Below are positions 47,684-57,799 of a stretch of DNA of 64,000 nt, piece by piece. Numbering within the stretch: the first letter of the stretch is position 1; every line of letters begins with the position of its first letter. The stretch comes from Azolla caroliniana. Taxonomy: Eukaryota > Plantae > Polypodiophyta. The position numbers and the translations under genes are program-made. The notes beneath the pieces were generated by a model. That model was not told the origin of the DNA. It did no database searches and saw only the letters and a program-made list of their open reading frames with translations. The DNA lies in NCBI GenBank assembly GCA_043228905.1, contig JBHGNT010000002.1:12214001-12278000 (forward strand). Reading direction: 5' to 3'.

Positions 47684-50600
47684 ATGATGCGAAAGATATA
47701 TGTATTATATGAAGGAAGATATACAACAGTAGTTAGAAGGCTTAAGACTTCCCGAGAAGTATCGTCAGTATGCTGATGTGTTCGATAAAGTACAAGCCAA
47801 CACACTTCCTCATCATCGGCCGTACGATTGCGCCATCGACTTACAACCGGGAAAAGAGCCGCCATGGGGGCCGATCTACAATTTGTCACCAACCGAGCTA
47901 GAAGTCCTCCGAGCCTATATAGAGGAGAATTTGGAGAACGGTTTCATTCGGCATTCGAAATCTCCAGCCGGTGCACCCATTTTCTTCGTCAAGAAAAAAG
48001 ATGGCTCGCTTCGACTCGTTGTAGATTACCGTGGCTTGAATAAGGTCACGGTAAGAAATAGGTATGCTCTTCCCCTTATCTCAAGTCTTTTAGAACGGAT
48101 CAACGGTGCCAGGTTCTTCACGAAGATCGACTTACGAGGAGCCTATAACCTCGTACGGATCCGACCAGGAGATGAATGGAAGACCGCGTTTCGCACCAGA
48201 TATGGGCACTTCGAGTATACGGTCATGCCGTTCGGACTCACTAATGCGCCGGCAGTCTTCCAGCACATGGCGAATGATATATTTCGAGATCTCTTGGATG
48301 ATTTTTTGATCATCTATTTGGATGATCTACTGGTTTATTCAAAGACCCAAGAAGAACATGATTCTCATGTACTATTAGTACTAAAACGACTTCGAGAACA
48401 TGGTCTGTATGCAAAGTTAGAGAAATGTAGTTTCGGGTGCAACCAAGTGGAATTTCTCGGCTATGTCATCTCCTCAGAAGGCATATCTATGGACCCAGCC
48501 AAGGTGAAAACGGTGATAGAATGGCACACTCCGCGTTCGGTGCGGGATGTGCAATGCTTCCTAGGCTTTGCAAATTTTTACCGGAAGTTCATACAAAATT
48601 ACTCAAAAATTGTGCTGCCTCTCACACAGCTCACCAGGAAGGGACAATCATTCATTTGGTCTAAAGAGACGGACATGGCTTTCGAGAGTCTTAAGAAGGC
48701 GTTTACATCAGCTCCAATTTTAGGTCATGTGGATCCGGAAAAACCATTCATTATCGAAGCTGACGCATCGGATTTCGCATTGGGGAGCATTCTGTCACAA
48801 CAGGGTAACGACGAGAAGCTACATCCTGTGGCTTTCCACTCCCGTAAGTTTGACGCCGCCGAAATCAACTACGAAATTCATGATAAAGAGCTATTAGCAA
48901 TAGTTGATTCTTTTATGCAATGGAGGCATTTCCTGGAGGGATCTCCTCATCAGGTCACTGTATTCAGTGACCACAAGAACCTTGCCTACTTTCAAGATGC
49001 TCGTGTACTGAATCGACGTCAAGCTCGGTGGGCCCACTTCCTCACACGCTTCGACTTCAAAATTACATATCGTCCGGGGAAGCACCAAGGGAAGGCAGAT
49101 GCATTATCACGGCGTTCGTATCTAACACCACGTCCCGGTGAGCCAGCTTTCGATAACCAGAAGCAAGTAATCTTGGGTCCAGCACGACTGCAAGCAGCAC
49201 AGGTCTTTGACATGCCCGTGGATTCCGACATTACCAATACTATACGTGAGGACTTGAAGACTGACGCTTTCGCCCAAGCTATACTAGCACAAATTGACCC
49301 CTCTCGAGCGTCATGTTCACAATCACAATCACCAGGTACGGATTATCGGCAATTCAAATACTGTGATGGATTACTCTTCTTTAAAGAACTTTTGTATGTT
49401 CCTAATGGTTCTTGCCGCCTTCGAGTAGTACAAAATTGCCATGACACATATACAGCAGGACATTTTGGTAGTACTAAAACATTAGATTTAGTACAACGAT
49501 CATTCTGGTGGCCCCGTATGCGACAATTTGTCGAAGATTTTGTTCGGACTTGCGATACATGCTGCAGAGCGAAAATGCCAAGACATCATCCATATGGTTT
49601 ATTAGAACCATTACCAATTCCAAGCAAGCCATGGCAATCCATTGCTCTTGACTTCATTACAGATCTTCCAGTCTCTAAGGGATTCAGTGCGATTCTCACA
49701 GTGGTGGATCGATATACGAAGATGGCTCATTTCTTACCATGTACTAAAGAAATATCTAGTGAAGACACCGCCGAAATTGTCATGCGGGAAGTATGTCGGC
49801 ATCATGGACTCCCTGATAATATCATCAGCGATCGTGGACCCCAGTTTGTGTCAAAATTCTGGAAGCACCTTTTTAAAATGCTGAAGGTCACTTGTAACCT
49901 CTCCTCCGGCTACCACCCACAAACCGACGGTCAAGCCGAACGAACAAATCAAACACTGGAGCAGTATCTGCGGTGCTTTCTCAACTATCATCAGAATGAC
50001 TGGGCAGATATTCTTCAGTTCGCCGAATTTGCCTATAATAACGCTATCCACGCATCGACTAAAGTCACGCCATTCTACGCTTATACGGGATATCATCCCC
50101 GGTGGTGTGTCCTTGAAACCCCAGAAGTGTCCACAAATCCTTGCGCGGAGGATCGTTTGGAGCGGTTACGCAAGATACAAGCGGATTTATCTACTCAACT
50201 CCAGCAAGCTCAACAATCACACAAGGACTACGCAGATCTTCATCGACTTCCATCCAGTTTTAACATTGGAGATCGGGTGTGGCTGCTACGACGACACATC
50301 AAGACTACTCGCCCATGTGAGAAGTTGGATTATCGGCGATTAGGTCCTTTCCGTATTATCGGGAAGATTAATGATGTCGCTTTTCGTCTCGAGCTACCTC
50401 CGCAACTTCGGATACATCCGGTGTTTCATAGTTCTCTCCTCGAACCCTATCACGAGAGAACTATCCCAGGACGTACTATACAACCACCACCTCCTATCGA
50501 GCTCGAAGATGGACCTGAGTATGAGGTCGCTGCCATCCTCGATTCCAAGATTGTTCGCAACAAGCTCTACTATCTAGTCGATTGGCTAGGATATAGTCCC

Positions 50601-51030
50601 AGCGAGCGTACTTGGGAACCGATCGAGAATGTGACCAATGCTCGTGCTCTTCTAGAAGACTTCCATCGACGATATCCCGAGAAACCGGGTCCTCAATCCA
50701 AAACGACTCGTGGAACTCGTCGTTTTAAAGGGGGGATAGTGTCATAACTAGACTCGAACCCATAACCTTTTGTTACACGGGTCGAGACTTTACCATTAGG
50801 TTATGAATTGTAATTTGAAGGATATTATTTTCATTTAGGTTTTATTGGGAAATTGATGTATATTCCAGATTTCTCTGGAACATTCTAGAAACTTCAGGAG
50901 TATTCCTGAAGACACTATAAAAGGAGGCGCAAGGCATTAGTTCGAACCAAATCGGTTCAACGCCAGTCTTAAGCCTTCTAACTACTGTTGTATATCTTCC
51001 TTCATATAATACATATATCTTTCGCATCAT

Positions 51031-51069
<39 letters not shown>

Positions 51070-51203
51070 ACTCATTCCTTCTCTCAAAAGTTCGACACCT
51101 CTCATAGTACTAATCCTTCTCTGTCTTAGTACTATTCCCCAACAATAGTACTAATCCTTCTTTTAGTACTAATTCCTTCTCTGCCTTAATAGAGTTCCTG
51201 ACA
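47288..51203 (+). mobile_element. Chromovirus C: gag/PR-less derivative with a rearranged 5' LTR, nested in B
   Basis: TSD ATGTT at 47283-47287 and 51204-51208; U3 47288-47508, inverted U5-R 47511-47749, pol, PPT, 3' LTR 50740-51203. Confidence 0.93.
47778..50747 (+). CDS. pol: Uninterrupted RT-RNase H-integrase-chromodomain ORF of copy C (989 aa; no protease)
   Basis: [39 protein letters not shown] integrase, chromodomain. Confidence 0.9.
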   Translation: MFDKVQANTLPHHRPYDCAIDLQPGKEPPWGPIYNLSPTELEVLRAYIEENLENGFIRHSKSPAGAPIFFVKKKDGSLRLVVDYRGLNKVTVRNRYALPLISSLLERINGARFFTKIDLRGAYNLVRIRPGDEWKTAFRTRYGHFEYTVMPFGLTNAPAVFQHMANDIFRDLLDDFLIIYLDDLLVYSKTQEEHDSHVLLVLKRLREHGLYAKLEKCSFGCNQVEFLGYVISSEGISMDPAKVKTVIEWHTPRSVRDVQCFLGFANFYRKFIQNYSKIVLPLTQLTRKGQSFIWSKETDMAFESLKKAFTSAPILGHVDPEKPFIIEADASDFALGSILSQQGNDEKLHPVAFHSRKFDAAEINYEIHDKELLAIVDSFMQWRHFLEGSPHQVTVFSDHKNLAYFQDARVLNRRQARWAHFLTRFDFKITYRPGKHQGKADALSRRSYLTPRPGEPAFDNQKQVILGPARLQAAQVFDMPVDSDITNTIREDLKTDAFAQAILAQIDPSRASCSQSQSPGTDYRQFKYCDGLLFFKELLYVPNGSCRLRVVQNCHDTYTAGHFGSTKTLDLVQRSFWWPRMRQFVEDFVRTCDTCCRAKMPRHHPYGLLEPLPIPSKPWQSIALDFITDLPVSKGFSAILTVVDRYTKMAHFLPCTKEISSEDTAEIVMREVCRHHGLPDNIISDRGPQFVSKFWKHLFKMLKVTCNLSSGYHPQTDGQAERTNQTLEQYLRCFLNYHQNDWADILQFAEFAYNNAIHASTKVTPFYAYTGYHPRWCVLETPEVSTNPCAEDRLERLRKIQADLSTQLQQAQQSHKDYADLHRLPSSFNIGDRVWLLRRHIKTTRPCEKLDYRRLGPFRIIGKINDVAFRLELPPQLRIHPVFHSSLLEPYHERTIPGRTIQPPPPIELEDGPEYEVAAILDSKIVRNKLYYLVDWLGYSPSERTWEPIENVTNARALLEDFHRRYPEKPGPQSKTTRGTRRFKGGIVS

Positions 51204-51882
51204 ATGTTTTGGAGATACTGACAGCATAAGGACTGCAATCAACAAAATCCGGCGATTACGCCAAGGTGACCGTCCAGCCTCCGCATATGCTGCAGATTTC
51301 CGCCTACTCGCCGCCGATATCCCCTGGGATGATCAAGCATTGATGGAGCAGTTCCGCTATGGTCTACGCAACGATGTCAAGGATTTACTCTTGACTTTCC
51401 CTGAAGAGCCAAAATCATTAACAGAAGCAATCAGTCGAGCGGTCAGATGTGACAACCGCCTCTTCGAGCGACGTTCGGAACGACAATTTCAGATGCCGAG
51501 GGCAAGATCCGAGCCTACCTATGCCTCAGTGGTAGCAAAACCTTTTCAAAGGGAGTCACATAATGCGCCTCCAGTAAGTACTCCAACTCCAATGGAAATT
51601 GACACTACACGTCGTCGTGGGCCGCTATCGGAGGAGGAAAAGCAACGACGCCGAACAAACCGATTATGCCTTTATTGCGGTGGACCAGGGCATATCGCGA
51701 TAAACTGTCCCCATAGGACCAAGAAGGCAGGTAAACCAAGTCGTTGTTAGTTCTGACTATACTAAACCCGAGTCTATTTCAGTAGGAATCTCTGATAGTC
51801 CTCATAGTCATAATAGTCCTAATAGTACTAATAGTCCGAATCTCGCAAACAAATTTGATGTCCTTAGCCAATTAGAAGAAGA

Positions 51883-51935
51883 GTTAAACGACTAAGTCCA
51901 GCCAAAATAGGAGCCGTTTGGTCGGACAGCCCTAG
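51883..51935 (+). promoter_or_regulatory. Putative -1 ribosomal frameshift signal at the gag/pol overlap
   Basis: G_TTA_AAC just before the gag TAA, 6-nt spacer, stem GTCCAGCCAAA/TTTGGT(C/T)GGAC; the -1 frame runs open into pol. Confidence 0.7.
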
Positions 51936-54900
51936 ATCTGTGCAGCCCATTAGTGGTTCCATTCCCTCTAAGCAAGTTAGTGATGTGTTCGTAGCCCAAG
52001 TAGCAGTTAGTACTAAAAGTACCCCTCCAGTACATACCTTAGCCCTTCTAGATTCCGGAGCTAATTCTTGCTTCATGGATAGGAATTTTGCCCGAGCTCA
52101 TCAGATATCTCTCAGAAAGCTCCCATGTCCAGCCTCAGTAGTAGTCATTGATGGTCGTCCCATTGCTTCTGGTAATATCATAGAAGAGTCGGAACCCGTT
52201 AATATTGTCCTAGATAACTTAACATGTGTAGTATCATTTAATATTATTAGTATTCCAGAACATCCCATAGTTTTAGGATTACCATGGTTCGAGTTACATA
52301 ACCCAGACATAGATTGGAGGACAAGGGAAATCCGGTTGCGACAAACCCAAGGATCTACCCAGAAGGTTGCAACCATTTCGCTACATCAGTTGCGTGAGGA
52401 AGGGCGCAAGGAGGAAATGTTTCTCTTCGCAATATCAGTACAACCCTCCAGCACCGCCAAAGAGGAGTCCACCGTTCAACTTCCCGAGAAGTATCGTCAG
52501 TATGCTGATGTGTTCGATAAAGTACAAGCCAACACACTTCCTCATCATCGGCCGTACGATTGCGCCATCGACTTACAACCGGGAAAAGAGCCGCCATGGG
52601 GGCCGATCTACAATTTGTCACCAACCGAGCTAGAAGTCCTCCGAGCCTATATAGAGGAGAATTTGGAGAACGGTTTCATTCGGCATTCGAAATCTCCAGC
52701 CGGTGCACCCATTTTCTTCGTCAAGAAAAAAGATGGCTCGCTTCGACTCGTTGTAGATTACCGTGGCTTGAATAAGGTCACAGTAAGAAATAGGTATGCT
52801 CTTCCCCTTATCTCAAGTCTTTTAGAACGGATCAACGGTGCCAGGTTCTTCACGAAGATCGACTTACGAGGAGCCTATAACCTCGTACGGATCCGACCAG
52901 GAGATGAATGGAAGACCGCGTTTCGCACCAGATATGGGCACTTCGAGTATACGGTCATGCCGTTCGGACTCACTAATGCGCCGGCAGTCTTCCAGCACAT
53001 GGCGAATGATATATTTCGAGATCTCTTGGATGATTTTTTGATCATCTATTTGGATGATCTACTGGTTTATTCAAAGACCCAAGAAGAACATGATTCTCAT
53101 GTACTATTACTACTAAAACGACTTCGAGAACATGGTCTGTATGCAAAGTTAGAGAAATGTAGTTTCGGGTGCAACCAAGTGGAATTTCTCGGCTATGTCA
53201 TCTCCTCAGAAGGCATATCTATGGACCCAGCCAAGGTGAAAACGGTGATAGAATGGCACACTCCGCGTTTGGTGCGGGATGTGCAATGCTTCCTAGGCTT
53301 TGCAAATTTTTACCGGAAGTTCATACAAAATTACTCAAAATTTGTGCTGCCTCTCACACAGCTCACCAGGAAGGGACAATCATTCATTTGGTCTAAAGAG
53401 ACGGACATGGCTTTCGAGAGTCTTAAGAAGGCGTTTACATCAGCTCCAATTTTAGGTCATGTGGATCCGGAAAAACCATTCATTATCGAAGCTGACGCAT
53501 CGGATTTCGCATTGGGGAGCATTCTGTCACAACAGGGTAACGACGAGAAGCTACATCCTGTGGCTTTCCACTCCCGTAAGTTTGACGCCGCCGAAATCAA
53601 CTACGAAATTCATGATAAAGAGCTATTAGCAATAGTTGATTCTTTTATGCAATGGAGGCATTTCCTGGAGGGATCTCCTCATCAGGTCACTGTATTCAGT
53701 GACCACAAGAACCTTGCCTACTTTCAAGATGCTCGTGTACTGAATCGACGTCAAGCTCGGTGGGCCCACTTCCTCACACGCTTCGACTTCAAAATTACAT
53801 ATCGTCCGAGGAAGCACCAAGGGAAGGCAGATGCATTATCACGGCGTTCGTATCTAACACCACGTCCCGGTGAGCCAGCTTTCGATAACCAGAAGCAAGT
53901 AATCTTGGGTCCAGCACGACTGCAAGCAACACAGGTCTTTGACATGCCCGTGGATTCCGACATTACCAATACTATACGTGAGGACTTGAAGACTGACGCT
54001 TTCGCCCAAGCTATACTAGCACAAATTGACCCCTCTCGAGCGTCATGTTCACAATCACAATCACCAGGTACGGATTATCGGCAATTCAAATACTGTGATG
54101 GATTACTCTTCTTTAAAGAACTTTTGTATGTTCCTAATGGTTCTTGCCGCCTTCGAGTAGTACAAAATTGCCATGACACATATACAGCAGGACATTTTGG
54201 TAGTACTAAAACATTAGATTTAGTACAACGATCATTCTGGTGGCCCCGTATGCGACAATTTGTCGAAGATTTTGTTCGGACTTGCGATACATGCTGCAGA
54301 GCGAAAATGCCAAGACATCATCCATATGGTTTATTAGAACCATTACCAATTCCAAGCAAGCCATGGCAATCCATTGCTCTTGACTTCATTACAGATCTTC
54401 CAGTCTCTAAGGGATTCAGTGCGATTCTCACAGTGGTGGATCGATATACGAAGATGGCTCATTTCTTACCATGTACTAAAGAAATATCTAGTGAAGACAC
54501 CGCCGAAATTGTCATGCGGGAAGTATGTCGGCATCATGGACTCCCTGATAATATCATCAGCGATCGTGGACCCCAGTTTGTGTCAAAATTCTGGAAGCAC
54601 CTTTTTAAAATGCTGAAGGTCACTTGTAACCTCTCCTCCGGCTACCACCCACAAACCGACGGTCAAGCCGAACGAACAAATCAAACACTGGAGCAGTATC
54701 TGCGGTGCTTTCTCAACTATCATCAGAATGACTGGGCAGATATTCTTCAGTTCGCCGAATTTGCCTATAATAACGCTATCCACGCATCGACTAAAGTCAC
54801 GCCATTCTACGCTTATACGGGATATCATCCCCGGTGGTGTGTCCTTGAAACCCCAGAAGTGTCCACAAATCCTTGCGCGGAGGATCGTTTGGAGCGGTTA

Positions 54901-55479
54901 CGCAAGATACAAGCGGATTTATCTACTCAACTCTAGCAAGCTCAACAATCACACAAGGACTACGCAGATCGTCATCGACTTCCATCCAGTTTTAACATTG
55001 GAGATCGGGTGTGGCTGCTACGACGACACATCAAGACTACTCGCCCATGTGAGAAGTTGGATTATCGGCGATTAGGTCCTTTCCGTATTATCGGGAAGAT
55101 TAATGATGTCGCTTTTCGTCTCGAGCTACCTCCGCAACTTCGGATACATCCGGTGTTTCATAGTTCTCTCCTCGAACCCTATCACGAGAGCACTATCCCA
55201 GGACGTACTATACAACCACCACCTCCTATCGAGCTCGAAGATGGACCTGAGTATGAGGTCGCTGCCATCCTCGATTCCAAGATTGTTCGCAACAAGCTCT
55301 ACTATCTAGTCGATTGGCTAGGATATAGTCCCAGCGAGCGTACTTGGGAACCGATCGAGAATGTGACCAATGCTCGTGCTCTTCTAGAAGACTTCCATCG
55401 ACGATATCCCGAGAAACCGGGTCCTCAATCCAAAACGACTCGTGGAACTCTTCGTTTTAAAGGGGGGATAGTGTCATAA
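51883..55479 (+). pseudogene. pol: Chromovirus B pol (PR-RT-RH-INT-chromodomain) with one CAG>TAG stop at 54934
   Basis: ALLDSGANSCF protease, YLDD, DASD, integrase, chromodomain; codon is CAG in the other copies. Confidence 0.93.
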
Positions 55480-55945
55480 CTAGACTCGAACCCATAACCT
55501 TTTGTTACACGGGTCGAGACTTTACCATTAGGTTATGAATTGTAATTTGAAGGATATTATTTTCATTTAGGTTTTATTGGGAAATTGATGTATATTCCAG
55601 ATTTCTCTGGAACATTCTAGAAACTTCAGGAGTATTCCTGAAGACACTATAAAAGGAGGCGCAAGGCATTAGTTCGAACCAAATCGGTTCAACGCCAGTC
55701 TTAAGCCTTCTAACTACTGTTGTATATCTTCCTTCATATAATACATATATCTTTCGCATCATCAATCTCTCTCTCTCTCTCTCTCTCACTCTCACTCACT
55801 CATTCCTTCTCTCAAAAGTTCGACACCTCTCATAGTACTAATCCTTCTCTGTCTTAGTACTATTCCCCAACAATAGTACTAATCCTTCTTTTAGTACTAA
55901 TTCCTTCTCTGCCTTAATAGAGTTCCTGACAGTTTGAACCGATAG

Positions 55946-56236
55946 TGTCATAACTAGACTCGAACCCATAACCTTTTGTTACACGGGTCGAGACTTTACC
56001 ATTAGGTTATGAATTGTAATTTGAAGGACATTATTTTCATTTAGGTTTTATTGGGAAATTGATGTATATTCCAGATTTCTCTGGAACATTCTAGAAACTT
56101 CAGGAGTATTCCTGAAGACACTATAAAAGGAGGCGCAAGGCATTAGTTCGAACCAAATCGGTTCAACGCCAGTCTTAAGCCTTCTAACTACTGTTGTATA
56201 TCTTCCTTCATATAATACATATATCTTTCGCATCAT

Positions 56237-56295
<59 letters not shown>

Positions 56296-56400
56296 ACTCA
56301 TTCCTTCTCTCAAAAGTTCGACACCTCTCATAGTACTAATCCTTCTCTGTCTTAGTACTATTCCCCAACAATAGTACTAATCCTTCTTTTAGTACTAATT
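55946..56400 (+). repeat. Extra LTR in tandem with the B 3' LTR, truncated at its U5 end
   Basis: Starts tgtcataac 14 bp after the previous LTR; lacks the last ~30 bp. Confidence 0.93.
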
Positions 56401-57350
56401 GCTACTTGGGCTACGAACACATCACTAACTTGCTTAGAGGGAATGGAACCACTAATGGGCTGCACAGATCTAGGGCTGTCCAACCAAACGGCTCCTATTT
56501 TGGCTGGACTTAGTCGTTTAACTCTTCTTCTAATTGGCTAAGGACATCAAATTTGTTTGCGAGATTCGGACTATTAGTACTATTAGGACTATTATGACTA
56601 TGAGGACTATCAGAGATTCCTACTGAAATAGACTCGGGTTTAGTATAGTCAGAACTAACAACGACTTGGTTTACCTGCCTTCTTGGTCTATGGGGACAGT
56701 TTATCGCGATATGCCCTGGTCCACCGCAATAAAGGCATAATCGGTTTGTTCGGCGTCGTTGCTTTTCCTCCTCCGATAGCGGCCCACGACGACGTGTAGT
56801 GTCAATTTCCATTGGAGTTGGAGTACTTACTGGAGGCGCATTATGTGACTCCCTTTGAAAAGGTTTTGCTACCACTGAGGCATAGGTAGGCTCGGATCTT
56901 GCCCTCGGCATCTGAAATTGTCGTTCCGAACGTCGCTCGAAGAGGCGGTTGTCACATCTGACCGCTCGACTGATTGCTTCTGTTAATGATTTTGGCTCTT
57001 CAGGGAAAGTCAAGAGTAAATCCTTGACATCGTTGCGTAGACCATAGCGGAACTGCTCCATCAATGCTTGATCATCCCAGGGGATATGTTGAGAAACAGC
57101 GCTCGGCCACAACCGAGGGATAGGATCAACTCACAGAAAATAGGAAGTACGAAATGCTCCAAGACAATAGAGAGAAGAGTACACAGTATGTTTTTCGTGG
57201 AAAACCCTAAATGGGAAAAACCACGGGAGTCCTCAAACTCCAACTCACACTATACACAGAGATATACAATGGTGAAGCTACAAGGCAACAACCTTGAGCT
57301 CACTGTCTTCGCCACAGGCGGCGGCAATACGCAGAGGCAACGACCTCTTC

Positions 57351-57381
<31 letters not shown>

Positions 57382-57570
57382 CTGCTCTCTTCACTCTCTC
57401 TAAGTGAAGAACAAGAAAAAAATAAGCAACAACAGTAAAACTGTTTGCCCTAAGTCATATTTATACACATATGACTTTCGGGCTATTTACAAATATAGCC
57501 TCAAGGGCTCTTGGCAAAACATATTCACAAACATGTCCCCGCATCCGGATCTCTCTCCGGGTACATTCGT

Positions 57571-57725
57571 CATCCGGCTCCGTAGCCGGGGTATTCATCA
57601 TCCGGCTCCGTAGCCGGGGTATTCATCATCCGGCTCCGTAGCCGGGGTCTTCGTCATCCGGCTCCGTAACCGGGGTCTTCAGCATCCGGCTCCGTAACCG
57701 GGGTCTTCAGCATCCGGCTCCGTAA
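57571..57725. repeat. About 6 x 28-bp GC-rich tandem repeat in the Copia-3 U3 (also at about 62386-62540)
   Basis: CATCCGGCTCCGTAGCCGGGGTATTCAT at 57571, 57599, 57627, 57655, 57683, 57711. Confidence 0.93.
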
Positions 57726-57799
57726 TAGCTTCCGGGCTTGCCGTCATTCATCTCCGGACATCCCATCCGGAGGGACCGAAATCCCAACAAACTCCCCCT

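Larger units (their letters stand above)
46804..51895 (+). pseudogene. gag: Chromovirus B gag (46804-47287 plus 51209-51895), interrupted and carrying a +1 frameshift near 51716
   Basis: KEPKIGLPTKFDGTR, LNGSALAW, QFRYGL, PMEID, CLYCGGPGHIAINC. Confidence 0.92.
46233..55931 (+). mobile_element. Chromovirus B: full-length copy of the Tcn1-like family, gag interrupted by copy C
   Basis: LTRs 46233-46702 and 55472-55931, gag, pol and PPT; left flank GAACC has no matching right TSD because another LTR follows. Confidence 0.92.
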
